A stretch of 64,000 nt of DNA from Nemertoderma westbladi (GCA_032718475.1 JAUCBJ010003333.1:1-64000), one strand, 5' to 3'; counted from the stretch's first letter, positions 22,795-35,019 are shown. Program-made: numbers and translations. The notes: generated by a model not told the origin, from the letters alone.

Positions 22795-25700
22795 TTAAGG
22801 TGCCCCTTCTAGAAGACAGCATTTACCTACTGCTCTCCTGTAGGTTTTTCTGTCTTTCGCACCTATCTTTCCACCTATCCGCACTTCTACCGATCGGACT
22901 CTTCCGTCCTCGTCGGAGTAGGTGCCTACAACTCTCGCCAACCGCCATTGGTTGTTGATGATAGTATCATCCGTGACGATTACGAGATCTCCCTCTCTCA
23001 ACTCCCTGTTTGGCTTCCTCCACTTGCTTCGCTTATGGAGCGTGGGTAGGTATTCTTCTACCCACCTCCTCCAATACTCTGCGCTAATTGCTTTAGCTAC
23101 TTTCCAACTTTGGCGGGAGTGTATATCATCTGGGTCTATACCCCGCATATCTATGGTCGCTGGCCTTTCCATCAGGAAATGGCTAGGCGTCAACACGTCT
23201 AATGACTCAGGGTCATCATTCTCCGGGTATAGCGGTCTGCTATTAATGATCCCCTCGCACTTCGCAAGTACTGTCCGTAAGACGTCTTCAGTGACCATGT
23301 GGGTGTTCATCAGCTTCGTCATTAGACGTTTTGAACTGCCCACGAGTCTCTCGACGCATCCTAATGTATGTGGTGCATACGGCGTCCTTCTCTCCCACTT
23401 CACTTGTCGTCTTCTCATGGCCGCCCTGACTTCTTCTCCCTCCAAGATGTCTAAGGCCTCTGCCATCTCACTCTCTGCGCCCACAAAGTTGGTGCCGTTG
23501 TCGCTGTATATCACTGCGATCGTCCCACCTTTGCGGTCCCTAAACCTTTCTAAGGCGTTAATGAAGGCTGATGCGGTTGCATCTTGGGCGAGTTCTATCC
23601 CTACCGCCCGCGTATTGTTGCATACGAAGATAATACCGTAGCGTTTCTCCGTGTGTCGCATCACCTTGATCTTTATCGGCCCGAACATGTCCACACCGCA
23701 ATGTGTAAATGGCGGGTCGTGCTGTCTTACCCTACTCGCCGGTAGTGGCGCCATCTCCTGTACGGCTCGCTCCTTCTTCGCTCGTCGGCAGGTCTGACAC
23801 TGTCCCACTACCGCTTTCACCTTCTTCCTTAATTGTTTGACCCAATAGGTCCTCCTTATCTCTGTGAGGGTTCGGTTGGTGCCCCCATGCAGTATCGATT
23901 TGTGGGAGTCCCATATGATCTGGTGGACTATGGGCGATCCTGTGGGAATGATGATGGGTTTCGGTGGTACGACTATACTGTTGTTATATCCCACCCTAGA
24001 ATTCATTACTAGGATCCCATCCTCGTTGAGTTGTGGCGACAGCGTGATCAGCTCGCTATCCCGTCGGAGATGTTGTTGGTTACCGACACGTTCCACCTCG
24101 TCGCCGTAGTTCTTGCGTTGTTCATAGCGGATCACTGCCTTGGCCGCTCCTTCCAGATCTATGGTTGTCCTGGTCTTCTTGTCCTTGCCGACTCCCGCAA
24201 GGAAATTCCCAAAGGCTCTCCAGTATGCCACTAGTTTCTTGGTCTTATACCAACTAGAACTGTAGCTGAGGAGTTTATCCGTCGGGTTATCGCACAGTTC
24301 CCTTCCTGGTTGCACGTCCCTGATCTCCCTCACCATCTGGGAGTATATCTCTTCTCCCTCTGAATCTCCCTCTTCTCCTTCTGATACTACTTCCGAGCCC
24401 GGGTCCACCTTCCTCATCGGCGGCCAGGCCTCCCTATCGCTCAGAAATTGTGGCCCGTGTTGCCACAATGCTTCTTTCTTTAAGAAAGTGTGGCGTTCCA
24501 CGCCCCTCGACAGCAAGTCCGCTGGGTTCTCGTCTGTTGGGCAGTAGTGCCACCTTTCCAGTTCTGTGCTCGCCCTTATTTCGTCCACTCTATTCGCGAC
24601 GAATATCGGGTACCTCGTCTTTTCGTTGTGTAGCCAACCAAGCACTACCATGGAGTCCGTCCAGTAGTGTGTCTCCACTATGTTGGGAATTGTATCCACT
24701 AGGTAGGCTGTGGCTCTAACTCCTAGTCTCGCGGCTATCAATTCTAACTTGGGAACAGATGCTGAATCTGGCGGCGTTGACTTAGCTTTGCTAAAGGCTA
24801 GTCTGGGCTTGTGAGGCCCCTCTCGTTGTACTAAATAGAGTGCCGCTCCGTATGCCTCTAACGACGCGTCGGAGAACATATGTAGGTCCAGATTCGACAT
24901 GTTCCCGTCCGGGAAATACACTCGCGGCATGTTGTATGTTCCCATCCTCTCCAAGTCTCCTGTCCATTTGCTCCACTGTTTCTTGATGTCTTCTGGTACC
25001 TCTACGTCCCACTCATCCTTCAACTTATATACTCTCTTGAGTATCTGTTTCCCCGTGACTAGTAATGGGGATGCTAGGCCTAGGGGATCGTATATCCTTG
25101 CTATATACGATACGTAACCCCTCTTCGTATGGGTGTCTGCGCCCTCCTGGCTCAGCTGATACTTCAGTTCGTCTGTTTTTCTATCCCACACGATTCCCAA
25201 CGCCTTCTGCTGGGATTCCGTTCTCTTAATCGCCATGTCCTGTCCTTTGGCTGTTGTAGGGTTGTCCATGGTCGATTCTGGTTTCTTGTCTACTATTTCC
25301 CTGATAAATTCTTCTGAACTGGATTGGAATTTGGTCAGGTTGAAGCCGGATCCTTTCAGGATGTCGCGAACCTCGCGCCCTGTTTCCAGTATCTCCTCAA
25401 CCGTATTTCCAGACTCCATGCCGTCGTCTACGTAGAAACCGCGTCTGATCATGTCGACGGCCCTACTGCTATATCTATCTTCCTTGCCCTTTACCGTGTC
25501 TCTCACTGCCATAGTCGTCGTAAACGAGGACGACTTGGCCCCCATATTTTGTACTACCATCTTATACGCTGGTATTACCGGCGGTTCTTCTTCGCCGTTA
25601 TACCATAAGAAGCGTTGACTGTCACTATCTTCTTCTGTTACTCGGACTTGGTTGAACATGCCTTCTATGTCACACGTGAAGGCGTGTTTCCCATTCCTAA

Positions 25701-26229
25701 ATCTAAGTAGTACTTCTATGCCCGAATTGTATATGTTTGGGCCCTCTAGTAGGTAATCGTTTAAGCACTTTCCGTCGGTCTTTGCCGATGCATCGACTAC
25801 CATCCTAAGTTTACCTTTCTTTGGGTCTAAAGCTACGTGGAGTGGCAGGTAGTATGTCCTGTCCGTGTTCGGTTCGTCGACCGGTAACTCCACGGCCCAT
25901 CCTTTCTCGACGTACTTCTTAATGGTTTTGTGAATGTACTCGTTCTTCTCGGGGCTCCGTTGTAGTGTTTGTTTCAGCTTGCGGAGTCTCGTGAGCACCA
26001 TCCCTCTATTATCGGGTAGCGGTATCTTCGGTAGTTTCCACACCATTCCTATTGTATACCGCCCCTCATCACACGTCATCGTTTCCTCCACACTTTGTAA
26101 AGCCTGCTTGTCTTCTGCCGAGGTCCCGACCCCGGTCTCTTTCAGTCCCTCGAAGTCCTGTCTGAGCAGTCTTTTAAGCTGCTCCTCTGCTCCCTCGTCA
26201 CCCATTTCCTGCATTGTTCCCGCGAACAT
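22795..26229 (-). CDS. pol: BEL/Pao Pol (RT-RNase H-integrase) of element B, uninterrupted 1144 aa
   Basis: LRMVVDASA, LNDYLLEGP, CDIEGMFNQV, FYVDDG, YDPLG, FSDASL, PKLEL, NPADLLSRG, HKSILH...CQTC, VDMFGP, SDNGTNF, VERL, LTPSHFL. Confidence 0.96.
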   Translation of the reverse strand: MFAGTMQEMGDEGAEEQLKRLLRQDFEGLKETGVGTSAEDKQALQSVEETMTCDEGRYTIGMVWKLPKIPLPDNRGMVLTRLRKLKQTLQRSPEKNEYIHKTIKKYVEKGWAVELPVDEPNTDRTYYLPLHVALDPKKGKLRMVVDASAKTDGKCLNDYLLEGPNIYNSGIEVLLRFRNGKHAFTCDIEGMFNQVRVTEEDSDSQRFLWYNGEEEPPVIPAYKMVVQNMGAKSSSFTTTMAVRDTVKGKEDRYSSRAVDMIRRGFYVDDGMESGNTVEEILETGREVRDILKGSGFNLTKFQSSSEEFIREIVDKKPESTMDNPTTAKGQDMAIKRTESQQKALGIVWDRKTDELKYQLSQEGADTHTKRGYVSYIARIYDPLGLASPLLVTGKQILKRVYKLKDEWDVEVPEDIKKQWSKWTGDLERMGTYNMPRVYFPDGNMSNLDLHMFSDASLEAYGAALYLVQREGPHKPRLAFSKAKSTPPDSASVPKLELIAARLGVRATAYLVDTIPNIVETHYWTDSMVVLGWLHNEKTRYPIFVANRVDEIRASTELERWHYCPTDENPADLLSRGVERHTFLKKEALWQHGPQFLSDREAWPPMRKVDPGSEVVSEGEEGDSEGEEIYSQMVREIRDVQPGRELCDNPTDKLLSYSSSWYKTKKLVAYWRAFGNFLAGVGKDKKTRTTIDLEGAAKAVIRYEQRKNYGDEVERVGNQQHLRRDSELITLSPQLNEDGILVMNSRVGYNNSIVVPPKPIIIPTGSPIVHQIIWDSHKSILHGGTNRTLTEIRRTYWVKQLRKKVKAVVGQCQTCRRAKKERAVQEMAPLPASRVRQHDPPFTHCGVDMFGPIKIKVMRHTEKRYGIIFVCNNTRAVGIELAQDATASAFINALERFRDRKGGTIAVIYSDNGTNFVGAESEMAEALDILEGEEVRAAMRRRQVKWERRTPYAPHTLGCVERLVGSSKRLMTKLMNTHMVTEDVLRTVLAKCEGIINSRPLYPENDDPESLDVLTPSHFLMERPATIDMRGIDPDDIHSRQSWKVAKAISAEYWRRWVEEYLPTLHKRSKWRKPNRELREGDLVIVTDDTIINNQWRLARVVGTYSDEDGRVRSVEVRIGGKIGAKDRKTYRRAVGKCCLLEGAP

Positions 26230-27893
26230 GTCTCCGACATCCTGAATGGTATCTTGCTCTTAATTGGACCACTCAGCGTCCACCCGAATGGCGTTAATAT
26301 GGCCACCGGGTCGCTCTGCTTGTCTTCGCCGAAGACCGTCTGCATTCTCTCGTGGGCCGTTGGGCAGTCCATGCCTACTATGATGGATACCTTCCTAACG
26401 TCCACGTCTGGGATTGAGAAGTCAATGTTGTCCAGGAATTTGTATTGCTCGACCTCGATGTTGGTTGGCCGCCTGGCATTGATGTTAATTGACTCTATTA
26501 CTTGGATGGGGTCGATGGTTGCCCCATAATCGCATCCTGGTGCCACTGCTGCAATTGCGCACCGTCCTGTCCTCATCTCTAGGATCTCGTCTTTGCTAGA
26601 GATGGTTGTCACCGCCATCCTGCTTGGCCTCGTTCTCAACCCTATTTCTTCGGCTACCCATTCCTCAACTAATGTGAAGGCAGCTCCACTATCAAACAGC
26701 ATTAATGTTGTTACTGATCGATTGCCTTCCCCGATCACTCGTACTGGTACTACTCCAAGTAGCACTGTTCCTCTCTTCTTCGCCCCTACTGTGCACGTTG
26801 CCATCGTCTGGCCTCTCCTCTGGCCAAACTTGACCGGTTTCTCTTGGCATTCCCTGGCCTTGTGTCCACTTTTCACACATCGCGAGCAGATTTTATTGCT
26901 CGACGCGTAATCTATCTGGTCTTGCCTCGGTAGCGCCTGCCAGTACCTGCAGTTCATGGTTTTATGAAGCGCATTTGCGTGTAACTGGCATTTGCTCTTT
27001 GGGTCGTAGCCCTCTTTATATAATGCATTGCGTATCGCAGTTATATTCGTACCAAAGTCTCTACTATTCTTATTGACTGGGTTTGACCTACTGGACGTAC
27101 TGGGGTTATGTTTATTCATGTTGTTATTGTTCCCCTGTCCGTCCCTTGATGTTGTCCTATCTTCGCTTGCCTGTGGACTTGCAGTCCCCTGCGTCGCTGC
27201 ATATGGCAATGATTGTCTGAGTCTCGGTAACGCGTTCGATGTATTGTGCTCTGGTTTGGGCCTGTAATGATCTGTCTTTGGTCCCTTTCCCAGGCTATCT
27301 TCACTATAAACTGGGTCCGTTATTAGTTCAGCCTCGTAATTTAAGAAGTTTGACATTTCTTCTAAACCTGGTTCCGCACCCTTCTTGTCTCGAGTGGAGA
27401 AAGCGACCTTCCTCCATTTGTTGCGCAGCCAACTCGGTAGTGCCTGCGCTATCGTGGTGATGTTATTGGACGCGTTGAGTTCGTATGGCGCGTCTAGCGT
27501 CTTCAGCACGATCAGTGCCTTCTCGACTTTGTTAGCAAACGTCTTAATGCTAACGGGATTATCCTGTAGGCCACCCGATGTTATGCCTCTTAGCGTTTGC
27601 CTGATGATCTTGGCCGGGTGCCCGTATTCCCTATCCAGTGCCCGCCATGCTGTCGTGAAGCCGCCCTCTATTCCTTGGTATTGCCTCACGATATCGTATG
27701 CTGGGCCTCCCGTGTACACTTGTAGATACTTTAGGCACTCCGCCTGCGTCAAGTTTTTTGTTAGTATTTCGTTACTATACATTCGCCGAAACTGTAAGTA
27801 TTCTTCCGGCCTGCTCCCATCGAATTTGAACGGTTCCACGGGTGGTAATTCGATCCTCGTTTTCAACGCATCGATCAACGTGGCCATCCCCAT
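26142..27893 (-). CDS. gag: BEL/Pao Gag core plus protease of element B
   Basis: ELPPVEPFKFDG capsid-like motif; CQLHANALHKTMNC and CSRCVKSGHKAREC; LFDSGAAFT; IIVGMD. Confidence 0.92.
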   Translation of the reverse strand: MGMATLIDALKTRIELPPVEPFKFDGSRPEEYLQFRRMYSNEILTKNLTQAECLKYLQVYTGGPAYDIVRQYQGIEGGFTTAWRALDREYGHPAKIIRQTLRGITSGGLQDNPVSIKTFANKVEKALIVLKTLDAPYELNASNNITTIAQALPSWLRNKWRKVAFSTRDKKGAEPGLEEMSNFLNYEAELITDPVYSEDSLGKGPKTDHYRPKPEHNTSNALPRLRQSLPYAATQGTASPQASEDRTTSRDGQGNNNNMNKHNPSTSSRSNPVNKNSRDFGTNITAIRNALYKEGYDPKSKCQLHANALHKTMNCRYWQALPRQDQIDYASSNKICSRCVKSGHKARECQEKPVKFGQRRGQTMATCTVGAKKRGTVLLGVVPVRVIGEGNRSVTTLMLFDSGAAFTLVEEWVAEEIGLRTRPSRMAVTTISSKDEILEMRTGRCAIAAVAPGCDYGATIDPIQVIESININARRPTNIEVEQYKFLDNIDFSIPDVDVRKVSIIVGMDCPTAHERMQTVFGEDKQSDPVAILTPFGWTLSGPIKSKIPFRMSETCSREQCRKWVTREQRSSLKDCSDRTSRD

Positions 27894-30800
27894 TGCCGCG
27901 CTTCTAATGGATTCGACGGGTGCTGTATAGTTTCCCTTGTCTGGTGCGGTTCGTCCGTCCTATTTCTTGATCTTCTCTGACTCGGATATGTCATCGGGGG
28001 TAGCGGCCCCCTCCATATGTCTGTATCACACGACCTGTTTTCATCTAGGGGTCTCGTTGTTTTTGTTCCTGTCGGGGTATATTGTTGATATTGTGATGGG
28101 GGAATGTCACCCTGTCCCCCCCCCCACCGGTATGTCTGGTACTGGGGTTGATGTTAATATGTTGGGGCCCATACACCTATCCGCAATAATTCCCCCCTCC
28201 CCTGGGTATATGTTATGTCCCTGCATGCTGTAGTCATACTGCTGTGCTGGTACCGGTATAGGCCTATCAGCTTCTGGCCTACCCGCCGGTATGTATTCCG
28301 CGACTTCCGGGTTTAATCCCGTTGTCCGCGCTATCCTATCGCCTACATTGCCTCTCTCAGTATGGCCTACGGTATGTGCAGTAAGACCTACAGTATGCCC
28401 TACAGTCTGCATGTGTTGCTCGGGATCGAAGTTTATTCTTCTCGAATAATCCTCCCCGCGGCTACCGTATTCTCCATCGGTAGGTATATTCCGTCGGAAA
28501 GTTTCTCTTCGACCCCCCTCTCCACTGTTTTCATCTTCGTACCGGTACATCGCGTACCCCTCTCTCGGCGTGTAGTGCGTCTCACCGGATCGCATCCCTC
28601 CGGGGCGACGGCAATCTCCCGGAGTCCGACCCCATTGACTCTCCGTTCTCATCTCGACTACCGACGGCTCGCTGTCCGTCCTCGCTCTTCTATCGTTTGC
28701 GGCGATACTTCTACTACTGTCCTCCTCTCTTCTCCTATCAGTGGAATATTCCCGCTCACGAGATCTCTCGTCGACCTCCCGGTTAAACCCCACTGTTCTT
28801 CTTTCCTCCTCTGATCGGGCTCGACGCTCCGTCTGCCCTCCCGCGACGTCAACCTGTCCTTCTCTGCTCGATCGCACGTCGCCGGGGATACTCGCAATCC
28901 CCCTATTACTCTCCGTCGCCGGTTGTTGCGGTTTACCTTGTTCGGCCCTCGCATTGTCCGCTGACGGCTGTGGGACACTCTCTGCCCCCCCCTCTCGCCG
29001 CTAACTCTCTGTTGTGGGGTGCTCGTAGCCCCCCCCCCACTCGCTACATCTAACTTCGCTACCTCTCGCCCCGCTACTATATATCTCTCTAGTCGACACA
29101 TCAACCCTACCACAGTCGGGTCTATTCACCCCCGCCTCTCCCTCTGCTATTGCGTGGCCTTCCAGGCCCTCTGCTCCCTGTCTACCAACTACGTGGCCTA
29201 CCAGGCCCTCTGCTCCCTGTCTACTAACTACGTGGCCTACCAGGCCCTCTGCTCCCTGTCTACTAACTACGCGGCCTACCAGGCCCTCTGCTCCCTGTCT
29301 ACTAACTACGTGGCCTACCAGGCCCTCTGCTCCCTGGTTACGTAGGCCCGACGTGTCTACACTAATAGCACCCATATTGGAAACGGAAGTAATTTGCTCA
29401 TTTGAAACAAAATCATTTGTATTATTCTGCGCGACTATGTTATCTGAATTATTTTGTAAATTCGGGCTAAGATCATTATTTGAATTATTCGAATTATTCT
29501 GTGTAATTGCGTTATTTAAGTTATTTTGTAGGTCCGAATTCGAGTTATTATTTTGATTATTTGAATTATTTTGCGTAACTACATCAATATTAGGATTATT
29601 TTCTACATTAACACTGGGATTGTTCTGATTTAAATTTGAATTACTACCACCAGGCAAAGTATTTCCTGTAATAAAGGTTTGATTAGCGTTATCCCATACG
29701 GTACTATTAATATCAACAACGTCTACTGTACCATTATTATTATTATTACCCCCCCCCCCGCTCGTACGGTCGCACCAGTCTTGAGTCTGTCGTGCGGTCC
29801 CTGTCAGTGGAGTATTAACAAATACGTCTACGGCCCTTGGCTCCTCAAAAATACTCGAGCCGGCCCCTCTTTCAGACGGCGGTCCCACTTGCACGTATTC
29901 CAACTTGTGCGTCCCTCTAATTATATTTTTCGCATACTCACTCTGCCGTTCCTTTAATTCCCTATGCTCCCTTTCACCCTTTGCCACTATCCCCTCACGC
30001 TCCTGGGTGTCCTTGATGGCCGAGTCTGCGGCACTCTTAATGCTCTCCCTTCGTCTCGCCCCACGCTCCTTACGTTCCTCTTCCTTCTTCGCCTCACGCT
30101 CCTTGCGTTCCTTTTCCTTCCTCGCCTCACGTTCCTTGCGTTCCTTTTCCATTCTCGCCTCACGCTCCTCGCGTTCCTTTTCCTCTCTCGCTTCACGCTC
30201 CTCGCGTTCCTTTTCCTCTCTCGCTTCACGCTCCCTACACTCCCTTTCCTCTATCTCATCATACTCCCTTAGGCTTTTCAAAGCCCTTTCGGCCCTTTCT
30301 CCGGTTTCTCTAAGCAATACCGTTTCCCTCTCTAGCCGCACTCTTCCCTCCTCTAGCCGTTCCTTCATTTCTCTCTGACCTTGCTCTGCCATGCTGAGAC
30401 GGTATGTGGCTCCTATTTTTCTCACCGCTCTTTCTTTCGCGGAGGATGTAGCAGACTTATCGGTTACGACGGACTTCCCCCGCCTTCCCGACCTACTAGC
30501 TTTCCCCCCCTTTTCGGAGCTTTCTCCGACCGACGAGGCCGAATCCTCGGTGTTAGCCTCGGATTCGCCCTCCTCAGGTCCCTTCCAACCCACTGGTTTC
30601 ACTCCCCGGGCATCGACCAAGTATGGCCCTATGTACACTGGCGCTACGCTAGGTCCCATACTCCCACACTCCCATAGTTCAAACAGTTCGCCGGCTATCC
30701 TTTTTGCTCTCTCCCCGGCCAGTTTTCTCTGCTCAAAACGTATTAGGTAATTTAAGTGTTTATCCGACTCACCTAGTCGCTTTCTCAGTCTCACCTCGTC

Positions 30801-31338
30801 TACCTTCGCCCCTTCCTTCTTGGCGTCGTTTATCAGCTTCCGGGTCGCGTTGTAGGCCCGTCGAAGTCGCTCAGAAACCCCGACGTCCTCGTCGCCGACC
30901 TCTCCTCCGTCCCTCCGGGTTCGACGTCGTACCGGCGGCTCCACCGTCGCCGTTCCGGTGGGCCGTCCGTCGCCCTCGGCCTGTAGCTGGCCGGCGACAT
31001 CGGTACCGATCTCTCCTCCGTCTCTTCGCGTCCGGCGTCGCACCGTCGGCCCCACCGTCGCCGTTTCGGTGGGCCGCCCGTCGCCCTCGGCCGGTAGCTG
31101 GCCGGCGACATCGGCGCGCCATTCTCCGTTCCGTGTCGACTCATCTCCATCTCCCTCCGTCTCGCTCTCTCTCTCTCTTGGCTCGACTTCGGGTTCCAGG
31201 CCCTCCTCGTCCTGTGCTTCCGGTTCGCCCGTTATCGATGGCTCCGGCGTCGTGGGCCTGTATCATTTGGTCGCGGCCTCGCGGATCGTTAGGTCTTCGT
31301 CCGGGGTCCGCGTCGGTGTCTCGCCCGATTCACTCATC
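27894..31338 (-). pseudogene. N-terminal Gag region of element B (ORFs 29001-31055 and 28107-28877), broken by stops and frameshifts
   Basis: Glu/Arg coiled coil, Asn-rich tract and 39-bp repeats encoding QGAEGLVGHVVSR. Homologous to element A 31996-34941. TGA at ~31263 where A has Arg. Confidence 0.75.
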
Positions 31339-31444
31339 TCGTCTGGTGGCTGATGGCTCGGCTAGGTAGGGTGGAGTTCTTTGAGTTTAACTAGGGCGGC
31401 AGCTCGGTTTTAGTTACTGAGTTTAGCTGGGGAAGCAACACCGT

Positions 31445-31453
31445 TTTAGTTAC
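31445..31453 (-). promoter_or_regulatory. Non-tRNA primer-binding site of B (GTAACTAAA), complementary to LTR 31621-31629
   Basis: Abuts the 5' LTR end, lacks the TGG start of a tRNA PBS, and is an exact 9-nt inverted match to the LTR. Confidence 0.7.
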
Positions 31454-31990
31454 TGTGACGGGATCCAAGGGGGATCCCGATTTATCCGGTTGTGGTAATT
31501 TAGTCCACGCGTCCCCGCCGTGTATAAGGATGAAATAAAGTGACTGAGTTCTGAAGTTCGGTGTATAATAGGAGGTTATAAGATATAGATATATTGTGAA
31601 TGTGTACAAGGCGGGATACGGTAACTAAAGTCCCGTGATCCCCTAACTAAACTAATTGGCTGTACCCTACGCTAGCACTGCTGCACTTGAGATAACTGAA
31701 TCACTGATTAATAGGTTATTGGTTATATTGCACGGTGGCCTTACTGCTACTCAATCGATGCCATTCCCCCCTCTGATTGGTTAATACCCTTGTTGGCGCC
31801 CCGTGGAGTATTCCCGTTCACTCCACCTGTTCTCTGGGTTAGGGGTTTGGCCCCTGACCCTCTATTGTGTGCTTCCTTCCCATTCTTATTGGGATGGCGC
31901 GAGTTGGTTAATTACCCAATCTCGCGGCTCCCAATATTGCTTATCGGCTAATAACTTTATGGGGTGTTGGCGGGATTGAATAAGCTAACA
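31454..31990 (-). repeat. 5' LTR of element B (537 bp)
   Basis: TGTTAGC...CGTCACA on the minus strand; flanked by TSD GGCAA. Confidence 0.95.
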
Positions 31991-31995
31991 GGCAA

Positions 31996-34941
31996 CGCTT
32001 GCCAGTACTTGCAACTCCTGGTCTTATGGGTTCCGTCCCGATGTAATTGACATTGGAATCCTGGATTATAGCGTTTCCTGTATAGTCCTTCACGTATCGC
32101 GCTTAGGTTTATATGTACCGATTTAATGTTTTGGTTGTCTAGACTCGGCCTACTGGGTATATTGGGATTGTGTTTATTTTTGGTGTTATTTTCTTTCTGT
32201 CCCTGCCACGGTGTGGCCCTGCTACCAGCTAACTGTGGACTAGCAGTCCCCTGTACGGCCGCGTGTGGTAGTGACTGTCCGCATGACCTGTTCTCGTCCA
32301 AGGGGTTCGATGTTCTTGCTCCTATTGGGGTATATTGTCGATATTGTGATGGGGGAATGTCACCCTGTCCCCCCCCCCCCCCCAGCCGGTATGTTTGGTA
32401 CTGGGGTTGATGTTAATATATTGGGGCCCATACATCTATCTCCAATAACTCCCCCCTCCCCTGGATATATGTTATGTCCCTGTGTATTATAGTCATGCTG
32501 CTGTACCGATATAGGCCTACCTACCTCTCGCCTACCTACCGGTATGTACTCCGCGACTTCCGGGTTTAATCCCGTCGTTCGCGCTACCCTATCGCCTACT
32601 CTATCTCTCCCAGCATGGCCTATAATAGTATGTGCAGTAAGGCCTACAGTATGTCCTGCAGTCTGCATGTGCCCTTCCGAACCGAAGTTTATTCTTCGCG
32701 AATCTCGAATCTCCCCGCGACTACTGCACTCTCGATCGGCAGCTATATCCCGTCGGGAAGCTTCTCTTCGATCCCCTCTCCTGTTCTCGACTTTGTGTTG
32801 GTACGTCCTGTACCCCTCTCTTGGTGTGCGGTGCGTTTCTCCGGGGCGACGGCAATCTCCCGAAGTTCGACCCCACTGACTCCCCAACTCCATCTCTACT
32901 ATCGACGGTCCGCTATCCGTCCTCGCACTCGTATCGTTCGTGGCGACACTTCTTCTACTATCTTCTCCTCTTCTCTTTTTAGTGCAGTATTCCGGCTCGT
33001 GAGATCTCTCGTCGACCTCCCGGTTAAACTCCACTGTTCTTCTTCCCTCTTCTGATCGGGCTCAACGCTTCGTCTGCCCTCTCGCGACGTCAACGTGCCT
33101 CTCTGCTCGATCGCACGCCGCTGGGGATACTCGCAATCCCCCCATTACTCTCCATCGCCGGGTGTTGCGGTTTACCTAGCTCGGCCCGCGCATTATCCGC
33201 CGACGCCTGTGGGACACTCTCTGCCCCCCTCCTCTCGCTACTAATCTCTCGCGGTGGGGTGCCCGTAGCCCCCCCCCCCCCCCCCCACCCGCCACTTCTA
33301 ACTTCACTATCTCTTACTACACTTCTGCACCCTCTTGTCGGACATTCTCTACCCCCCTTCTCTCGCCACTAATCTTCCGTGATGGGGCTCCTGTAGCCCC
33401 CCCCCCCCCCCCCCCCCACTCGCCACATCTAACTTCACTATCTCTTACTTCACTTCTACACCCCTCTCTAGTCGACACACTATCTCTACTACGGCTGGGT
33501 CTATTCACCCCCGCCTCTCTCTCTACTACTGCGTGGCCTATCAGGCCCACCTCGGGTTGGCTCAACCCCGCTACCTCCTGCCTACCAACTACGTGGCCTA
33601 CCAGGCCGCCGTCGGGTTGGCTCAACCCCGCCACTTCCTGCCTACTAACTACGTGGCCTACCAGGCCGCCGTCTGCCGGGCTATACACGTCTGACACGCT
33701 CACATTAATAGCACCATTCCCAATATTATTTGTTAAATCAATTAAATCCCCTAAATCAATTAAATTATTAGAATTATTAGAATTTGAAACGGGATTATTA
33801 TTTAAATTAGAATTATTATTATTTTCAAAATTTAAATTATTATTCGAATTATTTGAATTATTCTGAATATTTGAATTAATATTATTATTTGAATTTAAAT
33901 TATTACCGGGTAAAATATTTCCTGTAATAAAGGGATTAGGGTTATCCTACTACGGTACTATTAATACCAACATTTCCTAACGTACTACTACTACCCCCCC
34001 CCCCCCCCGTACGGCTACTATGCGTACTGTACGTGTACCGCACGCTCTGTTCTCTTGCCTCACGCTCTTTGCGTTCACTCTCTTGCTCCTTCCTTCCCCT
34101 CAGTCGCCACTCTAATTCTTCCATTTTTAATTTATATGCCATGCGTTCATCTCTCTCGCACCCGTCTTTCTTTTGCGGAGGATGTAGCAGACTTATCGGT
34201 TGCGACGGACTCCCGCCGCCCCTCCGTCCTACTAACTTTCCCCCGCTTCCCGGGCTTCTCGCTGACCGACGAGACCGAATCCTCGGAGTTAACCTCGGAT
34301 TCGCCCTCGTGCGGTCCCTCCCAACCCACTAACTTAACTTCCCTGGCATCGACTAAGTATGGCCCTATGTACACTGCACCAGGCCCCATACCCCTACGTC
34401 CCATAGCCCAAACAGTTCGAAGGCAACCCCTCTCGCTCTCTCGCTGGCTAGTTCTCCCTGCCCAGAACGCACTAGGTAATCAAAGTATCTGTTCGACTCA
34501 CCTAGTCGCCTTTTCAACTTCACCTGGTCTATCTCGGCCCCTCCTCTAGCTTCTTTCAGTTGTTCCCGGGTCGCGGCGTAGGCTCGTCGGAGCCGGACGA
34601 CCCCGACGTCCTCGTCGCCGACATCTCCTCTCTCCCTCCGGGTCCGGCGTCGTACCGGCGGCTCCACCGTTGCCGTTCCGGTGGGCCGTCCGTCGCCCTC
34701 GGCCTGTGGCTGGCCGGCGACATCGGCACGTCGACCGCCACTCGTGTGTCGACTCGTCTCTCTCTCCTCCCGACTCGTCTCTCCCTTCTCGTTGTAGACG
34801 GCCCCCCTCCGTTTGGATTGCCGGATCGTCTGTAGTCGACGGATCCGGCGTCGCGGGTCGATACCGTCTCGCCGCGGCCTCGCGGATCGTTAGGTCGTCG
34901 TCCGGGGTCCGCGGCGGTGTCGTCTCTCTTTCTCGACTCAT
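31996..34941 (-). pseudogene. Degenerate proximal gag of element A with the capsid domain deleted
   Basis: Peptides collinear with B (TPDDDLTIREAA, YIGPYLVDAR, GLNPEVAEYIP, SLPHAAVQGTASP). DENRSC is fused directly to QSLP, skipping B ~27215-28030. Confidence 0.85.
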
Positions 34942-35010
34942 GTTATCCTGGCAGTCCTGTCTTTTCTTTAGATTGGTGGCTGGCAGTCACAGTCTTGGGC
35001 AACTTTGGGA

Positions 35011-35019
35011 TTTCGTTAC
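35011..35019 (-). promoter_or_regulatory. Non-tRNA primer-binding site of A (GTAACGAAA), complementary to LTR 35204-35212
   Basis: Abuts the 5' LTR end; exact 9-nt inverted match inside the LTR at the position homologous to B. Confidence 0.7.

Larger units (their letters stand above)
18032..31990 (-). mobile_element. BEL/Pao element B, young, nested in element A; intact pol and an extra exonuclease ORF
   Basis: LTRs at 18032-20202 (interrupted) and 31454-31990, nearly identical. 5-bp TSD GGCAA at 18027-18031 and 31991-31995. PPT at 20203-20211. Confidence 0.95.

Noticed and set aside
22922-23641. Antisense ORFs over the retroelement genes (also 8286-8691, 27385-27930, 29905-31369)
   Set aside because: Shadow frames of coding or low-complexity sequence with no recognisable motifs.
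27925-27940. GGGAAAC slippery site in B gag
   Set aside because: It lies in the phase of the downstream gag frame, so a -1 slip would leave the ORF rather than enter it.
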